DNA of 63,904 nt, counting the filler, from Octopus bimaculoides (taxonomy: Eukaryota): the NCBI RefSeq assembly GCF_001194135.2. It is 5 parts of 5 records of this genome, joined end to end, with 100 filler letters (N's around TTAATTAATTAA, not from the genome) between each part and the next. Parts side by side here need not be neighbours in the genome. Positions count along the whole stretch, not along the records: positions 46,468 to 59,434 come from NC_068981.1; positions 59,535 to 63,904 come from NW_026296058.1; 3 more parts are not named here. One strand, written 5' to 3'. Both the position numbers and the translations under genes were made by a program. The notes under the pieces were generated by a model. That model was not told the DNA's origin. It saw nothing but the letters and a program-made list of their open reading frames with translations, and searched no databases. Of this stretch, positions 51,757-63,721 are shown one piece after another. Positions within the stretch are counted from its first letter, which is position 1. Every line of letters starts with the position of its first letter.

Positions 51757-51800
<44 letters not shown>

Positions 51801-52189
51801 CCATTATAGACTGTTATAATGGCATATGGTTTTTGAAACGCGAGGAGAAGCTCTTGTCATAGGCTCTTGGTGCATGTGTCTACGACGCTACTCGTTATTA
51901 AAATAAATATTACACAGACAAGATAGACTAACGAACCCACAAACTCGCATACTCACAGTCATTCACACATGCGCACACAATCACACACATACTAGCTCTC
52001 ACATGTGGACGTACATATCTCCCCCACCATTCGGTATGTTTATGTTTGTTTCTTGTATTTTGACAACTTTTCATGTTGTACTGAATGTTTTGAAGCACCC
52101 GAGGGATTACGCAAACGTATGAAGTGTAAATTCTTTAATCATATATTATTAGTACTGCTTGCTTCATTCACATAAAGCTGGTACTTCAT

Positions 52190-52408
52190 ATTGGTTTCAA
52201 ATTTTGGCACAAGGCCAGCAATTTCAGAGAAGGGTGTAAGTCGATTATATCGACCCTAGTGCTCAGTTGGTACTTTTTTTTATCGACCTCGTAAGGATGA
52301 ATAACAAAGTCAACCTCGGCGGAATTTGAACTCAGAACGTAGAAGCAAACGAAATACTGCTAAGCATTTTGCCCGCGGTGCTAACTATTCGGCCAGCTCG
52401 TCGCCTTA
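52190..52408 (-). mobile_element. SINE family B
   Basis: Full reverse-complement copy with ...GGCCTTGTGCCAAAATTTGAAACCAATA tail. Confidence 0.88.
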
Positions 52409-52643
52409 GAAAACTAGCTCTTCATATTTCCTTGTAAATACATTCTTGGTGACAATATGTCGGATTTCCCTCACCCAAATCCCACCCTTCCAACCCAGAT
52501 CATCTGTTGACTGCAGTTAAGCCTGGTGTTGGATATGAAACTATGTTTTTATTTAATGGATATAAAAACGGCAGGAGGAGAGAAATGCTATGTATTCATT
52601 CATACATACATTCGTATACAGAAATGTATACAAACATATACAA

Positions 52644-52879
52644 TAAGATGGCGAGGTGGCAGAAACGTTAGCACGCTGGGCGAAATGCTTAGCCGTATTT
52701 CGCCTGACGTTACGTTCTGAGTTCAAATTCCGCCGAGGTCGACTTTGCCTTTCATCCTTTCGGGGTCGATAAATAAAGTACCAGTTACGCACTGGGGTCG
52801 ATGTAATCGACTTAATCTGTTTGTCTGTCCTTGTTTGTCCCCTCTATGTTTAGCCCCTTGTGGGCAATAAAGAAATAAG
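52644..52879 (+). mobile_element. SINE family B, young full-length copy
   Basis: 12-bp TSD AAACATATACAA at 52632-52643 and 52880-52891; B box GAGTTCAAATTCC. Confidence 0.93.
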
Positions 52880-52920
52880 AAACATATACAAACATGCACA
52901 CACACACAGAGAATCATAAT

Positions 52921-53197
52921 ATGCCCCGGGCCGACCCATGCTTTGTGAGTCAATCTGGTTGAGAGAAACTATGCGGAAGCCTCTCGTTTATGTGTGTGAG
53001 TGTGTGTGTGTGTGTGTGTGTGTCTGTGTGTCTGTGTTTAGTATTTGTTCCCCCTGCACCAACACTTGACCGGTGTCGGCTTATGGCCCCGTAATCTAGC
53101 GGTTCAGCAAAACTATATAAGTACTCGTGTCGCTCCTTCGTTCGACAGAACTATTCAAAGCGGTACCCCAGCATGGCTGCAGCCCTACGACTAAAAC
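52921..53197 (+). mobile_element. SINE family A, diverged and headless
   Basis: CCGGGCCGACC..TGCTTTGTGAG, (TG)n, CGTAA.CTAGCGGTTCAGCAAAA, CCAGCATGGCTGCAG. Confidence 0.7.
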
Positions 53198-53515
53198 AGA
53201 TTTTAAAAAATGTTAAAAGCTAATACACACACATACACATGGAGTTGTATATGTTTTGTTTTCATAAATATGAAGTACACTTGACGAGTGACAGGTATCA
53301 ACATTTTCACGCGAGAATATAAGCGGAGTTTATATAAGCGTATATCACTTGAACGTGTGTTTACAACGTGTGAATTCTTCTTCAGAGTGTAGGTATGGCT
53401 TTAGGTCAGAAAATGATAGAGTAGCAAGGCCGAATGAAGACTCATAGAGGCCCGATGCACTTAAAAGATTTTGACGGCCCAGTACATATGCAATTCAAAT
53501 CAGAAACAATAATAT

Positions 53516-53970
53516 TTGTTGGCACTCCGTCGCTTACGACGTCGAGGGTTCCAGTTGATCCGATCAACGGAACAGCCACTCGTGAAATTAACGTGCAAGT
53601 GGCTGAGCACTCCACAGACACGTGTACCCTTAACGTAGTTCTCGGGGATATTCAGCGTGACACAGTGTGACAAGGCTGACCCTTTGAATTACAGGTACAA
53701 CAGAAACAGCAAGTAAGAGTGAGAGAAAGTTGTGGTGAAAGAGTACAGCAGGGTTTGCCACTATCCCCTGCCGGAGCCTCGTGGAGCTTTTNNNNNNNNN
53801 NNNNNNNNNNNNNNNNNNNNNNNNNNNNNNNNNNNNNNNNNNNNNNNNNNNNNNNNNNNNNNNNNNNNNNNNNNNNNNNNNNNNNNNNNNNNNNNNNNNN
53901 NNNNNNNNNNNNNNNNNNNNNNNNNNNNNNNNNNNNNNNNNNNNNNNNNNNNNNNNGCCATTGCGCCTCC
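53516..53970 (-). mobile_element. SINE family E (gap-spanning)
   Basis: tRNA-like 5' start GGAGGCGCAATGGC on the minus strand at 53970; GC-balanced body left of the gap. Single copy here; classified by resemblance to recalled cephalopod repeats. Confidence 0.55.
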
Positions 53971-54628
53971 CGAAACAATAATAAACCATAAAATAAATGT
54001 ATCTTTTTCAAAATGGCTGGAAAATTTCTTTAATTTTTATATACATCCACTTTATTTATATTTGAAATGTTTTCTACTTTTCTTTGTTTTTCGTTTATCA
54101 GGTCCTCACCGTGACACTATGAACACTTCGTAATTATATTTCCGATCATGTAAACCGCTTTGAATATTATTTTTGCAAATTTAAAGTAATTTCTTTTGTG
54201 CCGTAAACCATTTACCATTTGCGTGGTGCACCCCTTCTCTAAACACGAGTTTATTTTGCTTAATGGTTAATCCAGTGTTGTACTGTAATTATGATTAACA
54301 GTCGGCATTAAGACCGGGGGAAAATCCAGTGGGTGCAGGGGGAATCAAAGCCTTTGATTCTGTCCCCAAAGATGCACTTTGTATAGTAGCCAGGAAGCTG
54401 GAATGGGTAATAAAATGGTAAGAAGCATTTGATCTTTCCATGACAGCGTAGGGGCTATTGTCTAGTGCAGTCATGGGCATAGCACGCCAAACGAAAACAT
54501 GACCTTCAGCTTTTTTTTTGGGGGGGGGGTTCTAGTAGTGCAGTCGGCCTAATGATGAACCATGCCTGGCTTTGTGTCTTTTCCTGACTCAACAGATGCT
54601 AATCAATGTAACCAATGTTGTGTTTCTG

Positions 54629-54910
54629 TACCCATTGCTCTTCGAGTTCTTTCCAGAATGTTGGAGAATTTGCATTTTACGACTTTTGGTTAATAGAAGC
54701 GGCCGAAATGAGCTTCTTCCACGGGGTTCATTGCTGAAAACGCTTCTTTTCTGTATTGAGAAGTCACAACTCAAGCAATACGGTTATGTGATTAGAATAT
54801 CGCAGGAAAAAATCGCAAGACAGATTCTTCAAGACGAACCAACCCACTGGAGACCTAGGGGTATATCAAGAATTAAATGGTTGGATAATATCCACTGTTT
54901 CAATTGGTCA
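54629..54910 (+). pseudogene. RTE-type LINE C-terminal fragment
   Basis: IEKSQLKQYGYVIRISQEKIARQIL...RPRGISRIKWLDNI fits QL.W.GHV.R...RPRGRP..RW.D. Confidence 0.7.
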
Positions 54911-55091
54911 CGCTTGAGAATCCAGCCAGAAAGCGTGGACGAGGTACCTAAGAGTAAGATGGGTGGACAGCAATAAGGATGGATATCCAGTTACAATTCT
55001 ACCATGGACCTCATGAACCAACAGAGATTTCTTAATAGTAGCAAGACTATCCAGAATTTTAGTATTTGGATTTCTGGACGCTTGGTGCACA

Positions 55092-55303
55092 CATATTGAT
55101 TTCATATTTTGACACAAGGCCAGCAAGTTCCGGGGACAGGGTAAATCGTTTACATCGATCCCAGTGCTCGATTGTTGCTTATTTTATTGACCTTGAAAGG
55201 ATAAAAAGCAGAGTCGACCCCCGGAGGAAGTTGATCACAACGTAAAAATGGACGAAATACTGCTAAGCATTTTGCCCGACGTGTTAACAATTCTGCCAGC
55301 TCG
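55092..55303 (-). mobile_element. SINE family B
   Basis: Reverse-complement copy of head, core and tail. Confidence 0.8.
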
Positions 55304-55434
55304 CGGACTTGGTGCACACACATCAAGAATAACCTTGTACAACACCGATAATTCTGTTCCTGCAAACAAAGATTTTGGCCTTATCATGAATATCTGGAGG
55401 ACCGAGTTAGCTCACCAATCAGGTTAGCTCACCA

Positions 55435-55627
55435 ATCTTGCGATTCTTTCTTGCGATATTCTAATCACATGTCCGTATTGCTTGAGCTGTGACTTCTCAA
55501 TACAGAGAAGTAGCAGTTTCAGCAATGAACCCTGCGGAAGAAGCCCATTTCGGCCGCTTGTATTTACCAAAGTCGTAAAAATGCAATTCTCCAACATTCT
55601 GGAAAGAACTCGAAGAGCAATGGTTAC
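55435..55627 (-). pseudogene. Inverted second copy of the RTE-type fragment at 54629-54825
   Basis: Reads IEKSQLKQYGHVIRISQERIAR; roughly 85-90% nucleotide match by eye. Confidence 0.85.
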
Positions 55628-55652
55628 AGAAACACAATGAGGTACTAAAAAA

Positions 55653-55976
55653 AAAGGTAAAGACCCCTTTCGGTCATGAATAACCATGGGATTGTACCTA
55701 GAAAGTACCCCTGCGAGGAACAAGTCTGGGCAAGGTTGCTTATGGAAGGCCAACAGTCACCCATGCATACCAGTCTCCCCTCTCCACGCCACTGATGTTA
55801 TCCATGGGAAAGGCAAAGGCCGATACAGCTTAGCACCAGTGATATCGCAATTCATTTCTACAGCTGTGTGAACTGGAGCAACATGAAAAGTGCCTTGCCC
55901 AAGAACACAAGACACAACCCGGTCCAGGAATCGAACTCACTCATCCAACGCTCTAACCACCGAACCATGCTCCCTC
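55653..55976 (-). mobile_element. tRNA-derived SINE family D
   Basis: Reverse complement GGGAGCATGGTTCGGTGGTTAGAGCG...GAGTTCGATTCCTGG head; ends ...GGGTCTTTACCTTT, an RTE-like tail (inferred). Confidence 0.75.
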
Positions 55977-56371
55977 AAATCAGGTACTAACGTGTTTTAT
56001 AGATGGCTCAGCTCTGAAAGTAATTCGTCTATTCCTTCACCTAATTTTGTTCAGTCATAAAAAAGCAGCGCCCTTCACAACGATCTCTCCCTGAATGTGA
56101 TGTAGACGCTAAAAGTACAAGATTGGTATGTTTCCAGGATTGGTGTACTAATAACAGCAAACATAGATCTTGACAGGTTTTCAAATTTGTTCCCAACAAG
56201 CCATCTACAATATTTTTTAATGGTTTGGTCTGGTGCACTACACACCCCACAGCCTTCGTAGGATTTAGGTATGTGAGTGAGTGTTTATGTATGTAATGAC
56301 GTACGTATACATACATACATACATACATACATACATACAAACATGTGTATGTAAGTATATATGTATGTGCA

Positions 56372-56417
<46 letters not shown>

Positions 56418-57195
56418 NNNNNNNNNNNNNNNNNNNNNNNNNNNNNNNNNNNNNNNNNNNNNNNNNNNNNNNNNNNNNNNNNNNNNNNNNNNNNNNNNNN
56501 NNNNNNNNNNNNNNNNNNNNNNNNNNNNNNNNNNNNNNNNNNNNNNNNNNNNNNNNNNNNNNNNNNNNNNNNNNNNNNNNNNNNNNNNNNNNNNNNNNNN
56601 NNNNNNNNNNNNNNNNNNNNNNNNNNNNNNNNNNNNNNNNNNNNNNNNNNNNNNNNNNNNNNNNNNNNNNNNNNNNNNNNNNNNNNNNNNNNNNNNNNNN
56701 NNNNNNNNNNNNNNNNNNNNNNNNNNNNNNNNNNNNNNNNNNNNNNNNNNNNNNNNNNNNNNNNNNNNNNNNNNNNNNNNNNNNNNNNNNNNNNNNNNNN
56801 NNNNNNNNNNNNNNNNNNNNNNNNNNNNNNNNNNNNNNNNNNNNNNNNNNNNNNNNNNNNNNNNNNNNNNNNNNNNNNNNNNNNNNNNNNNNNNNNNNNN
56901 NNNNNNNNNNNNNNNNNNNNNNNNNNNNNNNNNNNNNNNNNNNNNNNNNNNNNNNNNNNNNNNNNNNNNNNNNNNNNNNNNNNNNNNNNNNNNNNNNNNN
57001 NNNNNNNNNNNNNNNNNNNNNNNNNNNNNNNNNNNNNNNNNNNNNNNNNNNNNNNNNNNNNNNNNNNNNNNNNNNNNNNNNNNNNNNNNNNNNNNNNNNN
57101 NNNNNNNNNNNNNNNNNNNNTCTTCTTCTTCTTCTTCTTCTTCTTCTTCTTCTTCTTCTTCTTCTTCTTCTAATTATTACTATTATTGTTAATAC

Positions 57196-57260
<65 letters not shown>

Positions 57261-57714
57261 GCGCTGTATGATCGCCTTTTCCTTCCTATTTCTTTCATTA
57301 TATTTTCTTTCGCACTTTTGCGCTTGTTTATACTCTACCTCTTATATTCTACCTTTCCAAAAAAAAAAATTAATAAATAAATAAATAAATAAATAAATGA
57401 AAAGCCGTAAAGACAGAAACAAGAGTATATCACCCGAAATTTATCACTTAGCCACAGAGTTAACACTAGTTCTTGAAGCATTAAGCATACTTTATACTCC
57501 ATAAAATAGCATGAAATAGTATGTACAGATATACATTTAAACTAACACGCAATAATACATATACTGTTGGAGCTTAAACCAAACTTGTCTACTTTAAATA
57601 AGAAAGTAGGTTGCATATTATCATATTTGTACCCTATTTCCATATGTCTTATAATATAAACGTGAAAGATTTATGTGAACATCAAGTGTCATTTGAATTC
57701 GTACTTGTATGCAA

Positions 57715-57855
57715 GTATTGGCTGTGTGATTATGAAGCTCGTTTTGCAACCACGTAGTTTCGGTTTCAGTCCTACTGTGCAGCATAATTGGGTCGACCAA
57801 ACCCTTTATGAGTGAATTTGGTTGACGGAAGCTGCGTGCAAACCCGTCGTATATG
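57715..57855 (+). mobile_element. SINE family A head/body, diverged
   Basis: TGGCTGTGTG.TTA.GAAGCT...CAACCAC...GGTTTCAGTCC...GGTCGACCAAA..TTGACGGAAGCTG..AACCCGTCGTATAT. Confidence 0.7.
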
Positions 57856-58705
57856 AGTGTGTGTGCGTATATATATATATATATATAATAACTTCTACTG
57901 CGCACACTACTACTATTACTATCACTTCCCTGTCTATCTCTCTCCCTCTCTTGTTCTTCATCCTTTCTGTTTTTCTCTCCCAACCCTCCCCTATTCTTCT
58001 CTTCCTTTCACCGTTCCCTCTCTCTCATTCCTCCTCCTTGACCCTCTCGTTGCTGACACGTGACGAAAGGGATTCTTTCTTTCTACTTCCTGCCTTCCTA
58101 TAAAGAAGACGTGAATTTTTTTGCCTCTCATTCACATCTANNNNNNNNNNNNNNNNNNNNNNNNNNNNNNNNNNNNNNNNNNNNNNNNNNNNNNNNNNNN
58201 NNNNNNNNNNNNNNNNNNNNNNNNNNNNNNNNNNNNNNNNNNNNNNNNNNNNNNNNNNNNNNNNNNNNNNNNNNNNNNNNNNNNNNNNNNNNNNNNNNNN
58301 NNNNNNNNNNNNNNNNNNNNNNNNNNNNNNNNNNNNNNNNNNNNNNNNNNNNNNNNNNNNNNNNNNNNNNNNNNNNNNNNNNNNNNNNNNNNNNNNNNNN
58401 NNNNNNNNNNNNNNNNNNNNNNNNNNNNNNNNNNNNNNNNNNNNNNNNNNNNNNNNNNNNNNNNNNNNNNNNNNNNNNNNNNNNNNNNNNNNNNNNNNNN
58501 NNNNNNNNNNNNNNNNNNNNNNNNNNNNNNNNNNNNNNNNNNNNNNNNNNNNNNNNNNNNNNNNNNNNNNNNNNNNNNNNNNNNNNNNNNNNNNNNNNNN
58601 NNNNNNNNNNNNNNNNNNNNNNNNNNNNNNNNNNNNNNNNNNNNNNNNNNNNNNNNNNNNNNNNNNNNNNNNNNNNNNNNNNNNNNNNNNNNNNNNNNNN
58701 NNNNN

Positions 58706-59165
58706 GCATATATACGTACATTTATGTGCATACCTACGTCTACCTGTATATATAGGTGCATATCTGGGTACAGGACATTGCAAACAAAACGTAGACAAGA
58801 AAATAATAATAACCAGAGTACAGAAAACACACAAGCCACATAGAGAACATTTTCCTTCATCAGCTACCCCCATTTTAACACCGGCGTTTCGAAGAGTTGG
58901 GCAGGACGCATCGTTAAAATAGCTCTTCCCATGGACCGCAAATTAAATTTGTATACACAAATTAAACCTGTGCCATGGAGGAATGTCGTGGCGGAAAAGA
59001 AAACAAGACAGGAAAACAAATGGAAAAGGCTATGCGGCCAGACGTGAAACATTATGGGTATATGAACGCTGTGAGGCACGAACTGAAAAAGACGGGACGA
59101 AGTAAGTTCGCGTGTTTGCTCGGCGATAGCCAAGGAAGAAAAGGATTAGTGACCGGAAGCATGTG
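58706..59165 (-). mobile_element. Third and longest copy of the PLE-like element
   Basis: Reverse complement matches 4318-4600 and 48538-48745 and extends further 5'. Confidence 0.85.
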
Positions 59166-59254
59166 ACCAGGGAGGGGTAAGGAAGAGAGAGAGTGGTAGA
59201 GGGAGAAACAAGGGGAGGAAGTAGAAGAATAGGTGAGCAACGAGTGAAAGAGAG

Positions 59255-59390
59255 GAAGAGAGAAATATAATAGTAACAGAAGGAAGAACGAGAGGGGAAA
59301 GAGAGAGATATAGTAGTAACAGAAGGAAGAACGAGAGGGGTAAAGAGAGATACGTAGTAGTAACAGAAGGAAGAACGAGAGGGGGGAAAA
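59255..59390. repeat. ~43-44-bp purine-rich tandem repeat x3
   Basis: TAGTAACAGAAGGAAGAACGAGAGGGG occurs three times. Confidence 0.9.
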
Positions 59391-59605
59391 GTGATATATA
59401 ATGATAGATCGCTAGCCACTACACATTCTTTATTNNNNNNNNNNNNNNNNNNNNNNNNNNNNNNNNNNNNNNNNNNNNTTAATTAATTAANNNNNNNNNN
59501 NNNNNNNNNNNNNNNNNNNNNNNNNNNNNNNNNNACAAACAAGATGAGGACGAATATCCGTCAAATGTAAATAATGTACAAAATAAGATATTTACAACAA
59601 ATTCT

Positions 59606-60008
59606 CTCAGATGTCAAAGCAGTTAATTAAAGTAACTGTTACATACCAACTTTATAATCTTCATTAATTTCTGTCTTAGTAGATGTTGTTACCGGCTTCC
59701 TTCTGTTATCGTCTGCAAAATAAACGCAAAATAATAATAATCCTTTGTACAATACGCACAAGGCCGGAAATTTCCCGGAAGGGGGCTAGTCGATTACATC
59801 AACCTTAGTGCATAACTGGTACTTATTTCCTTGACCTCCTCCAAAAAATGAAAGGCAAAGTCGACCTCAACGGAATTTGAACTCAGATGTCAAAGCAGTT
59901 AATTAAATTAACTGTTACATACCATCTTTATAATCCTCATTAATTTCTGTCTTAGTAGATGTTGCTACCGGCTTCCTTTTGTTATTATCAGCTGCAAAAT
60001 AAACGTAA

Positions 60009-60071
<63 letters not shown>

Positions 60072-60215
60072 CCTTTCTACAATACACACAAGGCCTGAAA
60101 TTTTGGGGAAGGGGGCTAGTCAATTACATCAGCCCTAGTGCATAACTGGTACTTATTTTACTGACCCCAAAGAAGATGAAAGGCAAAGCCGACCTCAACG
60201 GAATCTGAACTCAGA
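59606..60215. repeat. Local tandem duplication (276-bp period) containing part of a SINE family B copy
   Basis: CTCAGATGTCAAAGCAGTTAATTAAA at 59606 and 59882; second unit lengthened by (TAA)n expansion; SINE continues to ~60286. Confidence 0.88.
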
Positions 60216-60404
60216 ACATAAGGATGGGTGAAATGCCGCAAAGTATTTTGCCTGGTTTGCTAACAATTCTGCCAGCTCGCTACCTTAACAACAACGACGA
60301 TGACAATGACGGTGCCAACAAAATATGACGACAATGACAACGATGATGATGGTGACGGTGGTGACGACAATGATGACGACGACAACAACAACAACAACAG
60401 CAGC

Positions 60405-60935
60405 CCTGATGCAGTACCAGGCAGTGACTCTCATGGCTTTCGATCTTAACTGATTGGAAGTGCTATCATGCATAAAAAAAGGGCTACAGTAACTCAATAC
60501 CATAAATTTGCTTGTCAGCTGCTTGACCATAACCAGCTGAGCATGTCCCTTAGTGGCCAATGATATGTACATCTCTGATCATGAGCAGAAGTAGTGGGGG
60601 AACATCATAGTCATGTGTTGAGAGGAATTCTTTGAGGTTTGAATAATTCACCTTTGGAAATATGGGTGTTTCATTCATGATCCTTAAACAAACTTTATTC
60701 AGGGACCTTTTGAGCAGGGTGGACTACTCAACCTGAAGAAAATTCTAACTGGGCCTCACCTGCAAGGTCATGCACAGTTTATCTTGATATAAGATCACCA
60801 TGTCATGCACATATGGTTGTGATGCACATCCATGGTGTACCCTTATCAGACAGGTAGTCATGATTGGTATATTGGGCTTCATATATTTGTACCCCAGTGT
60901 CACTTTGATGGCATGCACTGCTCTCTCACTCAATA
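60405..60935. repeat. Unclassified repeat-like segment
   Basis: Non-coding, GC-balanced, resembles recalled cephalopod interspersed repeats; single copy in the window. Confidence 0.3.
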
Positions 60936-60951
60936 ATTATAACAACAATAA

Positions 60952-61620
60952 GGGACATTCACCTTGTCAACATCAAGAGGGGAATCTTTTAAGAAGATTC
61001 AGTGTTACCTCTGCTGATTTTTGTTTGTTTGTTACCACTCTCCTTGGTTTTGGTGAAGATTGGAGCTGTTTATAAACTACAAAAACCATGAGACCATTTA
61101 ACTACCTGCTATTTATGGATGATTTGAAGTTTTACAAAGCTAGCAGGCTATACAAATTTTCTTATTTCTTTACTGCCCACAAGGAGCTATGTACAGAGGG
61201 ACAAACAAGGACAGACAAACGGATTAAGTCGATTATATTGACCCCAGTGCATAACTGGTACTTATTTAATCGAAAGGCAAAGTCGACCTTGGTGGAATTT
61301 GAACTCAGAACGTAGCATCAGACGAAATACTGCTAAGCATTTCGCCCAGCGTGCTAACGTTTCTGCCAGCTCGCCACCTTATACAAAGGCTATACAAATT
61401 TTCTAACATGAAGCCCAATGGTTCTTGGTCTAGATAAATGTGCTGTTCTTGAACTGAAGAGAGGGCAAAAAGTAAACAGCAGTGAAGTACAACTTCCAGA
61501 TGACAAGTGTAGATGATGAACACCGGGAAAAAAGAAAAGATTTGAAAAGATTTTTCTGAATATGTCAGAAGAGTGAAAAGCTATGTAGATCCAAACTGGA
61601 TGGAGGAATTTTGGAATTTA
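60952..61620 (+). pseudogene. R4/Dong-like reverse transcriptase remnant interrupted by a SINE
   Basis: NIKRGIF*EDS..PLL, NYLLFMDDLKFY, then after the SINE MVLGLDKCAVLELKRG, EYVRRVK/LCRSKLDGG. Confidence 0.82.
61163..61386 (-). mobile_element. SINE family B inserted in the Dong-like RT
   Basis: Perfect 18-bp TSD AGGCTATACAAATTTTCT at 61145-61162 and 61387-61404. Confidence 0.93.
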
Positions 61621-62119
61621 TTGCATTTTTAAATTTTGGAATCTATTTCTTTCGAGAATTCTATTTTTGAATTTNNNNNNNNNNNNNNNNNNNNNNNNNN
61701 NNNNNNNNNNNNNNNNNNNNNNNNNNNNNNNNNNNNNNNNNNNNNNNNNNNNNNNNNNNNNNNNNNNNNNNNNNNNNNNNNNNNNNNNNNNNNNNNNNNN
61801 NNNNNNNNNNNNNNNNNNNNNNNNNNNNNNNNNNNNNNNNNNNNNNNNNNNNNNNNNNNNNNNNNNNNNNNNNNNNNNNNNNNNNNNNNNNNNNNNNNNN
61901 NNNNNNNNNNNNNNNNNNNNNNNNNNNNNNNNNNNNNNNNNNNNNNNNNNNNNNNNNNNNNNNNNNNNNNNNNNNNNNNNNNNNNNNNNNNNNNNNNNNN
62001 NNNNNNNNNNNNNNNNNNNNNNNNNNNNNNNNNNNNNNNNNNNNNNNNNNNNNNNNNNNNNNNNNNNNNNNNNNNNNNNNNNNNNNNNNNNNNNNNNNNN
62101 NNNNNNNNNNNNNNNNNNT

Positions 62120-62935
62120 ATAGAGAAGCATCTTCACTCGATGGGAAAGGTTCAGAAGTATGGAGCGTGGGTTCCGCATGCTTTAAGTGACAACAACAAA
62201 AATCAACGAGCCACAATCTCCGCTGGTTTGCTTGCTTGTCACCGCTCAACTCATGGAAACAAGCAATGATTTCTTTACTGAATTGTTACTGGTGATTAAA
62301 AATGGTGCCTGGACATCAATATGAAGCAGCATAAGGAATGGCTTAGCCCTAGTAAACAAGCAACACCGAGCGTGAAACAAGATCTTCATCTGCATAAAAC
62401 GATGTTGTGCATATGACGGGACTGGGAAGGGATTATCCATTACGAATTGCTTGAACGGAACCAAACTGTCATTGTAGAACTCTATGTTCAACAGATGGAA
62501 CGACTCAACACGGCTATTCAAGATAAAAGACCTAATCGGCAGCATGGAGTTCTTCTGCTGCACGACAATGCCCGCCCTCATATCGCAAATATGACCAAGG
62601 AAGTCATTCAAACGCATGGCTAGGAAGTGCTGTCACACCCGCCGTACTCTCCTGATTTGGCACCAACGGATTTCCACCTCTTTCGATCTCTTTCAAATGC
62701 TATGTGTGGAGTTTCGTTCAGTACTGATGCAGAATTGAGAGGTTGGTTGGATCAATTTTTCGAGTCGAAATCAGGTGATTTTTACCAACAAGGTAGTGAA
62801 AATCTTGTTGAACGTTGGGAAGAAGTTGTAAACAACAAGGGTGAATACATTATTGATTAATTAATTATTTTTTATAAAACCTTTTAAAAAATTTAAATTT
62901 AAAACAATGGCAGGAACTTAGTTGTCAACCTAATA
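62120..62935 (+). mobile_element. Mariner transposon (DD34D), pseudogenised; 5' part in gap
   Basis: AWVPHAL, IVTGD*KW, HDNARPH-(34 aa spacing)-YSPDLAPTDFHLF, LVERWEEVVNNKGEYI; 5 in-frame stops, no frameshift; right TIR ...GGAACTTAGTTGTCAACCTAATA. Confidence 0.95.
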
Positions 62936-63721
62936 ATANNNNNNNNNNNNNNNNNNNNNNNNNNNNNNNNNNNNNNNNNNNNNNNNNNNNNNNNNNNNNN
63001 NNNNNNNNNNNNNNNNNNNNNNNNNACTATATACTATATTTACTATATACTATATTTACTCATATATAAGTTTCGCCCCTAATTTAGTGTTAAATCTTGG
63101 TACAAAATATTTTCTCTTCATAGTTTTAGCTTTGCTCCATGCATAAGTTGCACCCCAGTTTTTACAGTTAAAATCAAGTGTAAAATGATGCAACTTAAGC
63201 ACAAATAAATATGGTATGCACATTTATGTATTTATATATATCTAAAATATTTTACCTAGAAAACACTTGCGCGATAAACACATGTAAAATTTTGAAGTAA
63301 AATCTTTCTCACAGGTAAGAGAAAATATGGTCTGAAAAAGAAAAAAGAGAATGAATATGTTAAGAACAATCATATGTCATTCAATGATGAACAATAATCT
63401 GAAAGAAAGAGTAATAGGTAATCTTTATAACCAACTTTAAATGGACGTCTTGTTAGAACTCTGAATATTGTGTTATAAGCTTTGAGCGATCCTCTCATAT
63501 AGGTGCTTGGTGCATAAAAGCACACACTGATCATAGCAAATGAAATTTGTCTGTTATTGGTACCAGAATTTCCAAATCACATGATTTCAGTTAATTGCAC
63601 ATCCTCAGTGGGAAGCACCAGTCATCTCATGGCAGTCAGAGCTCACTGCAAAGACATATAGAATTTCAACATCTGAAAAGATGCTGATGCTGCAAATAAC
63701 GAGCAGGCTTATTAAAAATTA

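Noticed and set aside
58880-58935. HDV-like ribozyme in the three-copy element (GAAGAG...CTCTTC pairing on the minus strand)
   Set aside because: No P3 pairing around TCCTGCC and no GG for P1.1.
59255-59390. Regularly spaced 27-nt repeats as a CRISPR-like array
   Set aside because: Spacers are near-identical, short and purine-rich; eukaryotic context, no cas genes.
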